The notes under the pieces were generated by a model, which was not told where the DNA came from, made no database searches, and saw only the letters and a program-made list of their open reading frames with translations. From IMG/VR virus record IMGVR_UViG_3300008267_000069, positions 1-60,812 of that record: 60,812 nucleotides of DNA; one strand, written 5' to 3'. Below are positions 1 through 8,926 of the stretch, piece after piece (the first letter of the stretch is position 1; every line of letters starts with the position of its first letter). This DNA comes from a virus. Its lineage: Duplodnaviria > Caudoviricetes. The position numbers and the translations under genes are program-made.

Positions 1-302
1 GCCTTCTGATCAGTCATGGAGCGGCTGTTCCGCAGCTGCTCGCCCTTCGCGCAGACGATGCAGGCGCGGTGGGCCATGAGGCGCGGGCAGTTGAAGCTGA
101 CCTTCCGACCATCCGGCAGCTCCAGGTAGTGGCTGTAGGTGGTGGCCAGCGGGCTGGGCTTGCCCAGACGGGGCGGGAGGAAGCGGACGATGTTGTCGCC
201 CTCGGCCAGCTTCATGTAGCTCTTCTGTCCTGCCTTGGTGGCGGCTGCGTCCTGCGCGGCAGCGTCATCGCCCCACTCTCCCCATTTTGCCAGATTGCTC
301 AT
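1..302 (-). CDS. T4 gp32-like single-stranded DNA-binding protein (3' end runs off the window)
   Basis: Hand translation MSNLAKWGEW...DNIVRFLPP...FNCPRLMAHRACIVC shows the gp32-type VRFLP and Cys/His Zn pattern; GAGGAG RBS; close to the UvsY-like gene. Confidence 0.75.
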   Translation of the reverse strand, partial: MSNLAKWGEWGDDAAAQDAAATKAGQKSYMKLAEGDNIVRFLPPRLGKPSPLATTYSHYLELPDGRKVSFNCPRLMAHRACIVCAKGEQLRNSRSMTDQK

Positions 303-372
303 CGGTCACTCCTCGGCGCGGCCTTTGGCCCTGCCCTCTGTTGTCCCTGCGCGGAATGCGAAGGGGGTCTTG

Positions 373-750
373 CTATGCCTCGCGAACCATGAACGAAGTC
401 AGGCGCAGATGCGCTGGAGTTGGCCAGGTCGTGCCCTGCAAGGCGATGAACTGGAAGCCGAGAGGCTGGCCGTTGAACTGAGAGGTGAGATCCTTGGGAT
501 CAACATTCCAAACACCGACGCACTCATCGGCAGCCCAAGTGCGCCATGTGTTGAGAACCTTCAAAACATTCTGCCACTCCAGCGTCTTGTTGCTGTCGAT
601 GTTATCGGCGTCGATGATCCCATAAGCAGCGTGCAGCTCAGCAAGAGTCGGAAGACGCCAACCAGCTTCTGCAACTGCCTCCTTGGTTTCATCTAGTGGC
701 AAACACAGATGCAACGTATCCCACTCAAGTCCGTTCAGAACGATGCTCAT
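373..750 (-). CDS. Hypothetical protein with DUF1566/Lcl-like WRLPTxxEL motif
   Basis: GWRLPTLAEL motif; co-oriented in the operon. Confidence 0.55.
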   Translation of the reverse strand: MSIVLNGLEWDTLHLCLPLDETKEAVAEAGWRLPTLAELHAAYGIIDADNIDSNKTLEWQNVLKVLNTWRTWAADECVGVWNVDPKDLTSQFNGQPLGFQFIALQGTTWPTPAHLRLTSFMVREA

Positions 751-759
751 GCCAGCCCC

Positions 760-1191
760 CTAGAACTCGTAGTTGTCCTTCACGACCGGCTCCTGCTGCA
801 TCTCGGCCCGCTGCTGCGCCCCAAGGCCCACCAGCATGTCCCGCTTGGCGCGCAGAGCCTCCCACACAGCCCGCACCCGGTCGACCTCAAACGTCGCAGC
901 GATCATCGCCTTCTCGGCATCCTGCATGGAGGGGTGCCGAGTGATCCAAGCGGACACCGTCGCCTCGGTGGGCTTCTTGTCACCAGCCAGAGCCTCGCGG
1001 GCCAGCGTGTCGAGGTCGGCAGCCATGACCTCCTTGGCCAGCTTGGCCAGCGCCTCCGTCTGCTTGGCGAAGGCCAGCTTGGTGCCCCAGAAGGAGAGGT
1101 CACCCGTGTACCTGATGAACTCACCTTGGAGGTTGGTGTTGTCCAGCTTCACGCATTCCCGTGCGAAGTTCTCGTCAAACTCGATGCTCAT
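760..1191 (-). CDS. UvsY-like recombination mediator
   Basis: 143 aa helical protein with KPTEATV and EALRAKRDML segments typical of UvsY-like proteins; near the gp32-like gene. Confidence 0.65.
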   Translation of the reverse strand: MSIEFDENFARECVKLDNTNLQGEFIRYTGDLSFWGTKLAFAKQTEALAKLAKEVMAADLDTLAREALAGDKKPTEATVSAWITRHPSMQDAEKAMIAATFEVDRVRAVWEALRAKRDMLVGLGAQQRAEMQQEPVVKDNYEF

Positions 1192-1211
1192 GTGCGGTTC
1201 CTTTCTGTGCG

Positions 1212-1394
1212 CTAGGCGCTCTTGGTGCTGTGATGCAGGTTGGCGTAGATGATGAGGCTAGTGAAGATGTTTGCCTGCTTCTCGGTCAGCTGCGCCCATC
1301 GAGCCTTGTCGGTGGTCCCAACCTCGGCCTGCATGGTCTGGTTGGTGATCGCCAGCGACTTGAGCAGTTGTTTCAGCGTGTCAGTCATGCTCAC
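1212..1394 (-). CDS. Hypothetical protein (60 aa)
   Basis: GGAG RBS, co-oriented, fills the gap. Confidence 0.55.
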   Translation of the reverse strand: MSMTDTLKQLLKSLAITNQTMQAEVGTTDKARWAQLTEKQANIFTSLIIYANLHHSTKSA

Positions 1395-1444
1395 TCCAAG
1401 CAGCCATCGGGCTGCATCTACCTTCTAGCGCGGCGGTCAGACTT

Positions 1445-4129
1445 TTAGGTGCAGCCCTCAACCGGACAGGCGGCGCCCTTCTTCCACTTGACCATCGAGG
1501 CCCAGGTCTTTCCAGCCTTGGCGTCAGCGACCAGCGGCACGCCGTTCTTGGTCTGGTGGCTTCCCATGATCTCCAGCACCCTACCGCACACCTCGGACAT
1601 GCAGTCGTCGCGGACCTCCAACAGCATCGAGTCGTGGATCGTCACCAGCAGCTTGGCCGGGATGCCGTCGCTCACCAGCCAGTCAACCACCTGAATCGCA
1701 GAGGCGACCAGAAACTCGTTGCCGGTCCCTTGGATCGGTGTGTTCCATGAAGAGCGCCGCTGAGTCTTGCCGGCAGGCGAGTCAGGGTTGACTACCTCGA
1801 CCAGAGGCCGACGACGGGCAGGCTTGCCATTCCACCACGTCCATGCGGCCCCGGTCTTCGCAGTCTCAGTCACTCGCTCTCTGATCCACTTGCCCAGCAA
1901 AGGGAAGCACCCGAAGACTGCATCCTTGATGCGCTCGGCCTTCTCGACCTCGACGCCCACCCGCATCGCCAGCCCATAGGGAGAATCGTCGTAGAGCAGG
2001 CCGAAAACATAGGGTTTCACCTCTCGGCGGTGCGTGTCCGTGACCTCTTCCGGCGGGATGTTCCACATGGCCTTAGACAGCAGCAGCGCCGTCTGCATGT
2101 GGAAGTCCTTACCGTCCTTGAAGATGGCGAGCATGTCTGGATCACCGGACAGATCAGCAGCCACGCGCAGCTCAAGCTGGCTGTAGTCCACCTCCATCAG
2201 CGAATAGCCCTCGGGTGGGGCAAAGCATGAGCGGTACATCCGCGCCATCTCAGCCTGCATCGGGTCGCTGGACTCCACCGAAGGCATGACCTGGAGGTTC
2301 GGATGACTAGACGAGGTGCGTCCAGTACGCGCACCGTCAGGATGAATCGAGGGATGGACACGCCCATCGTCGCGGATGTAGCCAAGCATATTGTCCACAT
2401 AGCTGCCGCGCATCTTGGTCAGGCTGCGCCATGTGAGGATGTCCCTGACCACCGGGTGCTGGTCAGCCAGCGCCTCCAGCGCCTCCGCATCGGTGGCCTG
2501 CGCGCCCTTGTCAGTCAGCCGGTCGCTCTTGAGCTTGAGGGTGTCGAAGAGCAGCTTGCCGATCTTCTGAGGGGAGCCAGGGTTGAACTCGCTGGTGTCA
2601 GGGCTTGATGGGTCGTACCCATAAGGGCGCAGCCGCTCCACCAGACTTTCCGTCTGCATATCCAGATAAGTGCCGACGTTTTGGAGCGCGTCCCGATCCA
2701 CCCGCAGCCCCCAACTCTCGATGCGGGCATAGGCATCACCGGCAGGGGTCACGATCTCTCGGGCCACCCGCTGCATGCCTTCCGGCTCTTGGGCCAGCCA
2801 GTACTCCAGAAGCCCGCCCACTAGCGAGGTCACAACCGTGTCGGCTGCGTTGTAGCGGTAGAGGAGGTCGGGATCGACAAAGGCAAAGCCGTATGTCTCC
2901 ACCTCGGCACCGGCCATGATCTTGTCGGCGTGGGACTGCTCGGCCAGACCGGGAAGGGGGATCTTGAACAGGCCGCCGCTGCCCTTGGAGGCTGCCCTCC
3001 TGTAGGCGGTGACGGCCTCCTTCATGGCGTCCTTGAGTTCGTCCTTGTGGCCTCCACGCCCGACGAGGTGCGCCATGTCGGCCAGCTTGCCGGATGCCTC
3101 GGCGTCCATGAGCCGGCGCAGGAGCCTGGTGTCAAAGGTGACACCACGGGTCCAGATGCCAAGGGCTGAGTGCAGCGCCACGGTGTCGGCCTTGAAGTAG
3201 CTGCCCACCTTCTTGTGCTTGGGATCGCGCAGCCAGCCAGCAAGCAGGGAGCGGACCTGGGGGTTGCGTAGCCCCTCGTTAGTCCAGACCCAAGCCTCGT
3301 TCGCGGCATCGTCTGTGAGGTTAGGCGGCATGCCGTCGCGATAGATGTGCGGGGCTGGTGTCATGGCCAGCGACAGGAGCTTGAAGTCCCGATCATAGGG
3401 ACGGCCAGCCCACTCGCAGTCCACGGCCGTCCAGCGGGAGCAGGCCACAGCCTTGAGGGCGATGGCTGCATCCTCAGGAGTGCTGACCAGATGCGCCCAT
3501 GTCTCACCGGGAACCGGCGGCTCGGTGGGTGCCGCGTTGATGCAGGCGGCCGAGAAGTCCTCCTCCAGCCAAGCGGTGAGGAACTTGTTACGCGAGGCGA
3601 GGGCAGGGCTGATGCCGTAGAACACCGGAGTCCAACCGTGAACCAGGTGCAACCACGCAAACCCCTTGCGGGTGGTTGAGGGGATCACGCTCGCCCCGGT
3701 CAGAGCGTAGATGGCGGGAGCGCCCAGCGCGATGATCTTCTGGGGCTTCACCTCCTCCAGCGTACGGACAAGGTACGGACGGCACTGGTCGATGCCGGGA
3801 ACAAGGGCTGCCGCACCCTCACCGATCACGGCGGTCTTCGGAGGACAGCGCAGCGCAGCCGTGAAGGCGATGGGCATGCCCGCGCTCTGCGCCATCTGCC
3901 GCAGCTTGGATCCCAGAGTTCCCATGAGGTGCCTGCGGCTGGCAGCCTCAGGGCGGGAAGGGTAGGAGTCCACGACCAGCAGCCCGCCCACCTCGCCCTC
4001 CCAAGGGAGACATGCCTTACCGGGGCCAGCGGAATGGCCGCAGCGAGAGCAGTCCTTATCGGGGAGCAGCCCCTCCACGCCGTCGAGGACGGTGAGGGCG
4101 GGCTTATAGATGGGCAGGCTGCGGGTCAT
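1445..4129 (-). CDS. Family A DNA polymerase with N-terminal UDG family-4-like domain and 3'-5' exonuclease
   Basis: TGRTSSSHPNLQ, motif A DYSQLELR, motif B RREVKPYVFGLLY, motif C TIHDS; exonuclease DCE and YNAAD; N-terminal CSRC...LRC...QCRPYL...IIALG. Confidence 0.95.
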   Translation of the reverse strand: MTRSLPIYKPALTVLDGVEGLLPDKDCSRCGHSAGPGKACLPWEGEVGGLLVVDSYPSRPEAASRRHLMGTLGSKLRQMAQSAGMPIAFTAALRCPPKTAVIGEGAAALVPGIDQCRPYLVRTLEEVKPQKIIALGAPAIYALTGASVIPSTTRKGFAWLHLVHGWTPVFYGISPALASRNKFLTAWLEEDFSAACINAAPTEPPVPGETWAHLVSTPEDAAIALKAVACSRWTAVDCEWAGRPYDRDFKLLSLAMTPAPHIYRDGMPPNLTDDAANEAWVWTNEGLRNPQVRSLLAGWLRDPKHKKVGSYFKADTVALHSALGIWTRGVTFDTRLLRRLMDAEASGKLADMAHLVGRGGHKDELKDAMKEAVTAYRRAASKGSGGLFKIPLPGLAEQSHADKIMAGAEVETYGFAFVDPDLLYRYNAADTVVTSLVGGLLEYWLAQEPEGMQRVAREIVTPAGDAYARIESWGLRVDRDALQNVGTYLDMQTESLVERLRPYGYDPSSPDTSEFNPGSPQKIGKLLFDTLKLKSDRLTDKGAQATDAEALEALADQHPVVRDILTWRSLTKMRGSYVDNMLGYIRDDGRVHPSIHPDGARTGRTSSSHPNLQVMPSVESSDPMQAEMARMYRSCFAPPEGYSLMEVDYSQLELRVAADLSGDPDMLAIFKDGKDFHMQTALLLSKAMWNIPPEEVTDTHRREVKPYVFGLLYDDSPYGLAMRVGVEVEKAERIKDAVFGCFPLLGKWIRERVTETAKTGAAWTWWNGKPARRRPLVEVVNPDSPAGKTQRRSSWNTPIQGTGNEFLVASAIQVVDWLVSDGIPAKLLVTIHDSMLLEVRDDCMSEVCGRVLEIMGSHQTKNGVPLVADAKAGKTWASMVKWKKGAACPVEGCT

Positions 4130-4429
4130 TTAGACGACCTCAGGCTTGTCGGCCTCGGGAGCGATGATGGCCTTGGTGGCAGCCGTGGCCTGCTCACCCA
4201 GCAGCTTGGCCGTCTCCAGCTGCCACTCGCGGCTGGTGCCGTTGGCCCCGGCAGCCACAGCCATGACCGCGCTGGTCCCGTCCTCCTTGGGAACGGCGAT
4301 GGCAAGGGTGAATGCCTGGATGCCAGCCGTCTGGGCCATGGCGGCGATGTACCGGAAGAACATCTCCCCGTGACTCGGGGGAGGAGTGGCCTTCGCGGTG
4401 GTGGTCGGGACGGTGTTCTCTTCGCTCAT
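4130..4429 (-). CDS. Hypothetical protein
   Basis: Abuts or overlaps both neighbours. Confidence 0.7.
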   Translation of the reverse strand: MSEENTVPTTTAKATPPPSHGEMFFRYIAAMAQTAGIQAFTLAIAVPKEDGTSAVMAVAAGANGTSREWQLETAKLLGEQATAATKAIIAPEADKPEVV

Positions 4430-4860
4430 TGCATACCTGCCCAGGTGCGAGTGACACGATCCTCAAGACCCGCACCAAGGCGCTCAAGGATGGGAACCTC
4501 GGACTGAAGGTTGCGGCACAGCGCCACAACCGACGGGAGGTCAGTAGCCAGCCCGCTCTCCACGATGGAGGCGAGAACCTGCGAGAGCTTCTTGTGCGCT
4601 GCCAGAGTCTCCACCAGCGATCCGCTGGATGTGGGGGCGGGAGCCTCGACCACAGCAGCAGGAGCGGCAGCCTCCACCACCTGCTCCGGAGCAGGCACAG
4701 GGGCAGCGGGAGGTGGCACCTCTACGGTGCCAGCAGGCTCGCGCAGATCCACCTCGGACACCGCGACATCATGTGGCAGTCCAGCCCATGCAGTCATGAT
4801 GTACCGCTTGACCTCTTCGGGAGACATCTCCCCTTCGATGGTGATCTTCAGCCGCGCCAT
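4426..4860 (-). CDS. Hypothetical protein with Ala/Pro-rich linker (start re-called at MARLKIT)
   Basis: AGGAGG RBS plus start-associated hairpin before the ATG at 4860; the longer ORF overlaps two other genes. Confidence 0.7.
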   Translation of the reverse strand: MARLKITIEGEMSPEEVKRYIMTAWAGLPHDVAVSEVDLREPAGTVEVPPPAAPVPAPEQVVEAAAPAAVVEAPAPTSSGSLVETLAAHKKLSQVLASIVESGLATDLPSVVALCRNLQSEVPILERLGAGLEDRVTRTWAGMQ

Positions 4861-5039
4861 GCCGTACCCTCCTGCGCCTTGGAGGCGCACTCTTTGTGGT
4901 CTTGCGTGAACTTGTCGATCCGCTTGGTCATCTCGGACAGGCTGACCGGCAGGGTGACACCCGCCTCCACCTTGCAACTGGGACAGGCCCACCAGATGCG
5001 GCTGTTGCCGGGGGTCCAGATGATGATGTCTCGGCTCAA
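4848..5039 (-). CDS. Small Zn-finger-like protein (CPSC...HKEC)
   Basis: Metal-binding pattern; ATGA overlap with the upstream gene. Confidence 0.6.
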   Translation of the reverse strand: MSRDIIIWTPGNSRIWWACPSCKVEAGVTLPVSLSEMTKRIDKFTQDHKECASKAQEGTAWRG

Positions 5040-5317
5040 GGGATCTCTCCCAGATGCCGACGCAGCCGCTCCACCTCAGCCAGCAGCGCGTCGATGTCCT
5101 GAGGTGCGTGGGCGATGAACTCGGCGGTGCTGGCAAGCGCCTCATGCGGATAGGCAAACACCTTTTCGATGGCGTCGAGGTAGACAACCGCCACCGTATC
5201 GTGGGTGCCTGCGACAAGAATGTGCTTTCTGTTGAGGGCGTTGCCGCCAGTCACCCATGGGCCAGGCTCTGACAAATCACGCCGCTTCTTGATCTCTGCC
5301 AGTTGTTCGTTGGTCAT
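5036..5317 (-). CDS. Ead/Ea22-like phage protein
   Basis: PGPW...AEFIAHAPQDIDALLAEVERLR signature common in phages. Confidence 0.65.
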   Translation of the reverse strand: MTNEQLAEIKKRRDLSEPGPWVTGGNALNRKHILVAGTHDTVAVVYLDAIEKVFAYPHEALASTAEFIAHAPQDIDALLAEVERLRRHLGEIP

Positions 5318-5955
5318 GCCGACACCCCCATCACAAGCTGGCGCAGACCAGACACGATGCGACGGTACAGCGCATCGCGGACCTTGCGCGCATCCCCGTC
5401 CTCCCAGCCCATCCCGTCGCCCTCTTGGGGGTAGGTGTGTGAAGTCGGCTCAAGAATTCCAAGCAGAGTGACGGTTGCTTCCTTCCCGTCATGCCTCCAC
5501 CAGCCGGAAGCGACGTTGCCGCTGCTACCGTGAAAGCTCTGCACCCGCACGCTGCCCAAGGCTTTGACAGTCGCCTTCAACTCTTCCGGCTTGAGGCTGG
5601 GCACATCCTTGAGCGTGACCAAGTAGCCACCCTCGCCGAATCCACGGTTAACGCAGACGCGCTCGTAGGCGCTCTCACAGGCAGCCAGCAGCACCTGTGC
5701 GACCGGCAGCTTGAGACGATCCTCCAGGTGCGCCACCAACCGAGGCACGTCATCAACCTTGGCGCGCAGTCGCTCAAGGAACAGCTGCCGCCTGTATTCG
5801 TCGGCTGCCATGCCCTTCGGTCGCGCCCACTTGATGGTGGACTGCGAATGCCACTCAACTTCAACCGGGGGAACAAACGAGATCGCACTCGCATCCACGC
5901 CAAGCATGATCGCAAGCGCGTTGATGCCCTTCTCAGCCTTCCTTGTCTGACGCAT
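5314..5955 (-). CDS. Hypothetical protein
   Basis: GGAGG RBS; ATGA overlap downstream. Confidence 0.7.
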   Translation of the reverse strand: MRQTRKAEKGINALAIMLGVDASAISFVPPVEVEWHSQSTIKWARPKGMAADEYRRQLFLERLRAKVDDVPRLVAHLEDRLKLPVAQVLLAACESAYERVCVNRGFGEGGYLVTLKDVPSLKPEELKATVKALGSVRVQSFHGSSGNVASGWWRHDGKEATVTLLGILEPTSHTYPQEGDGMGWEDGDARKVRDALYRRIVSGLRQLVMGVSA

Positions 5956-6023
5956 GCCAACCTCCGTGCCTTCCCTCTAGCGCAGTCGCTCCGGTTTTCG
6001 GTGAGCCGCTGAAGTTTCTTCGA

Positions 6024-6872
6024 TCAGCCGCCAAGGCTCGCCTGCGCCCACTCCCACAGGTCGGAGCGATCCACCTCGTCGGGATCTGCCCCGTCGAGCA
6101 GCTTCACGCAGCCAGCCCTGCACCCTTCCAGCCGCAGCCTCATGGAGAGGGCATAGCCCTTTTCCCAAGCATCAGCGTCCAGCACCACGACCAGCGGGCG
6201 CTTGCTCTTGGAGAGCAGCAGGATCTGCTTCTCGCTGGGCATCCCCAGCACCGCCACCGCATGCGGCCAAAGGAACAGGGAGTCGAAGGCACCCTCCACG
6301 ATGTAGAGGTGTTCGTCCGTGTCCTCCCACAGCGCGTTCTGGTTGTGCAGCACGTCCCCGCGCCAGGTTCCGGATGGGTAGCGATACGCGGCCTTCTTCG
6401 GCACTCCCTTGTCATAGGCTCGGGTGGTGTAGCCGTACCAGCTGCCATCCGACCGGAGGTTAGGAATCACGATCCTGCCGGCGTACTTTCCGTAGATGCA
6501 CGCCCCGACCTGGGCCTCATGCCAGACTCGCTCGGGGATGCCGCGCCCGTGCATGTAGTCACGGGCAGGGGCCAGAGTCTCGGAGTCATCCCCGGCCAGC
6601 AGGCAGAAGCCATCCGGCGGGCGGGTGAGGTTGTCCAGCTCGCGCTGTTGCTCGTCGGGGGTGGCGGGGATTGGCTTGAACTCCTCGGCATCCCCGTCCA
6701 GCTTGCCGCGCACCGGACAGCGAAAGCAGTGGTAATAGCTGGTTTCGGGGTTGTAGCTGAAAGAGTCGTCGCGCCCTTGGCAGAAGGGGCAATGGGCGCG
6801 GAGCCAGCCGGCCCTGGGCTTTCCCGTCGAGATGGCCGCACGGACGATGGCCTCCTTCTCAGTGCGATTCAC
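6024..6872 (-). CDS. DnaG-type DNA primase (Zn finger plus TOPRIM)
   Basis: CPFC...HCFRC, RIVIP, IVEGAFD, LDADA, DPDE. Confidence 0.9.
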   Translation of the reverse strand: MNRTEKEAIVRAAISTGKPRAGWLRAHCPFCQGRDDSFSYNPETSYYHCFRCPVRGKLDGDAEEFKPIPATPDEQQRELDNLTRPPDGFCLLAGDDSETLAPARDYMHGRGIPERVWHEAQVGACIYGKYAGRIVIPNLRSDGSWYGYTTRAYDKGVPKKAAYRYPSGTWRGDVLHNQNALWEDTDEHLYIVEGAFDSLFLWPHAVAVLGMPSEKQILLLSKSKRPLVVVLDADAWEKGYALSMRLRLEGCRAGCVKLLDGADPDEVDRSDLWEWAQASLGG

Positions 6873-7323
6873 GGCTCAACCTCCCAGCGTAGCTTGGTCT
6901 GGAGTGGGTGGCGGTCTACTCGCGGACGACTCTTGCATGACCATGCCACCCCCCCGCCTCACCAATGCACTTCCAGCCCGCCCCCCGCAAAGAAGCGCCG
7001 CCCTCTTCCGGCAGCGTGTAGGTGACGAGCTTGCGGTAGCCCAAGGCAAAGGCTGCACGCCGCGCTGCCCCATAGAGCGCAGAGCAGGCGTTAGGACATC
7101 CATCCGTGGCCACGCGGTTGACTTCCAACGTCCACCCGGTGTCGAGGTGACGCGCTACAGGGCGACCGACGATAGCAACGCCTCGGATCGTGTCAGTCTC
7201 GTCGCACACAGCCAGAGAGAACTTGTGACCTGGCACCGGCTTGTGGTGCCTGTGATGCTGGGCCACGAAGGCATTGGCATCCACAAGCTCGCAAGGGATG
7301 ACCGTCAACTTGCTGCGGGTCAC
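6869..7323 (-). pseudogene. XF1762-family (Mom-like, GNAT-fold) putative DNA-modification gene, frameshifted at a G7 tract
   Basis: ANAFVAQHHRHH...GRPVAR...LEVNRVATDG...NACSALY...VTYT...GASLRGAGW; one extra G at 6949-6955 restores WSCKSRPRVDRHPLQTKLRWE, ending in a GTGA overlap with the primase start. Confidence 0.7.
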
Positions 7324-7574
7324 TTATCCCCCCTCTCGATCCGATCAGCCAGATCACGCAGGGCAGCCACAGCAGCCTCGCGGGCCTCTTCCTTGGTGGC
7401 CCATGAAACAGGCGTTAGATCCTGCGGCAGCGCCCACGGCCTTGCATCCTGCGGCAAAATGCAGAAGGGTACGCTGTACGGATCAAACGGATCAAACAGG
7501 GAAACCTCATAGCCCTGCCCTTCGATGCCGCCGACCCTCCAAAACAGTTTGACGGCTGAACGCTTCATCACCAC
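7320..7574 (-). CDS. Hypothetical protein
   Basis: Overlaps both neighbours in the operon. Confidence 0.65.
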   Translation of the reverse strand: MVMKRSAVKLFWRVGGIEGQGYEVSLFDPFDPYSVPFCILPQDARPWALPQDLTPVSWATKEEAREAAVAALRDLADRIERGDK

Positions 7575-8923
7575 GGCTCCTCTCGGACAACGGGAAACAT
7601 CCGGGCCATCGCACGGGCTGCCGGCAGGGAGCCGGTCCCCACTCGGTCGGTTCCGTCACGGTTCAGGATTACGAACCAATCGACCAAGTCCTTGGCGTCC
7701 AACTCCATCCGCATGGCGATGACCAGATCAGCGATGCGGACCTTGTGCTGAGAGTCGGCGGCATCGTCCATGTCCAGAGGCTTGCCAGCCGATCCGGTCC
7801 CGCGCTTGCCCTGCGATGCGCTGATCACATGGTACTTGTGGTTGAGGGCATGGTCGCGGAAGGCATTGCCCACCGTCTTCTGAGCCTTGTAGTCGCCCTC
7901 GTCGCTCTTGCCGCCCTTGCCCGCACCGACGAGGTCAACGTAGTCCACGACCAGCAGATTGAGCGGAGCCTTCCACTCTTCCTGTAGCTGCTCCACCCAG
8001 CGGGTGATCTCTCCCACCGGAGTCTCGGGGGCAAACCGCATCACGCTGATCTTGCCCAGCCGGGGCAGCAGCTTGTCCATGCGACGGCGCACCAGCGGAT
8101 CGCCTCGCTGCACCTCGTCCAACAGGCAGCCGGTCAGGTTGGCGATGATGCGCTCCAGCTGCTTCTTCGCGTCCAGTTCAAGGGTGGCGATGGCGACGTT
8201 GCGCCCGTTCCACAAAGCCTCGGCCGCAACGCTCGACAGCACCATGCTCTTGCCTGACTTCTCGCGCCCAAGGAACAGAGTGTAGCCCTGAGGCAGTCCG
8301 CCTCCGATCACGCCATCCAATTCAAGGCAGCCGGTGGGGAACCTGGTCGCGCTGTTGGCTGCCACGATCTCGTCCAGCAGGGAGCCGTGAAGCGTCTCGC
8401 CCATGGTCACGCGGCTCTCACCGATCCGCTCGGTGGCAGCGATCTCCTGACCTAGCTTGGCGAAGTCGCCGCCCTTAGCCATGGTGTCCATGGCCTTCTT
8501 GACCACCTCTCGCTTGGCGCGCTTCTTGAGGAGGTTGGCCACCTCGGCCACCACCTCGGCAGGATTGGGCAGGCCAGCGTCCTCGGCCTCGTCCAGATAC
8601 TCGACGGCTTCCTGCACCTGCTCGATGGTCGTCTTGCCCTCCTCGCGCCAGGACCGGAGGCGCTGCACCACGGAGAGCGTCGAGGTCGGACCCTCACCCA
8701 ACTCCCCAGCGATGGCCTGCGCCGCCTTGAGTAGCTGGACACCGACCTTGCTGGTGAGCGCCTTGGGGTCGAGCCGCGCCCCGACTCGGGAGTAGACATC
8801 GCGGTTGGAGCAGCAGAAGTAGATGAGCGCCCGCTCAAACTCAGGCAGGAGGCCGTAAGGCTCCACGCCAGAGGTGACTGCGCCGCTGCCCTGCCCGCCG
8901 GGAATCGCCTTCAAGGTCGCCAT
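7568..8923 (-). CDS. DnaB-like replicative helicase
   Basis: FPTG, Walker A GREKSGKS, TLEL, LLVVDY, SASQ, RIADLVI. Confidence 0.92.
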   Translation of the reverse strand: MATLKAIPGGQGSGAVTSGVEPYGLLPEFERALIYFCCSNRDVYSRVGARLDPKALTSKVGVQLLKAAQAIAGELGEGPTSTLSVVQRLRSWREEGKTTIEQVQEAVEYLDEAEDAGLPNPAEVVAEVANLLKKRAKREVVKKAMDTMAKGGDFAKLGQEIAATERIGESRVTMGETLHGSLLDEIVAANSATRFPTGCLELDGVIGGGLPQGYTLFLGREKSGKSMVLSSVAAEALWNGRNVAIATLELDAKKQLERIIANLTGCLLDEVQRGDPLVRRRMDKLLPRLGKISVMRFAPETPVGEITRWVEQLQEEWKAPLNLLVVDYVDLVGAGKGGKSDEGDYKAQKTVGNAFRDHALNHKYHVISASQGKRGTGSAGKPLDMDDAADSQHKVRIADLVIAMRMELDAKDLVDWFVILNRDGTDRVGTGSLPAARAMARMFPVVREEPW

Positions 8924-8926
8924 TGT

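Noticed and set aside
4426-5217. 263-aa long version of the ORF
   Set aside because: Overlaps two better-supported genes; the RBS and hairpin point to the ATG at 4860
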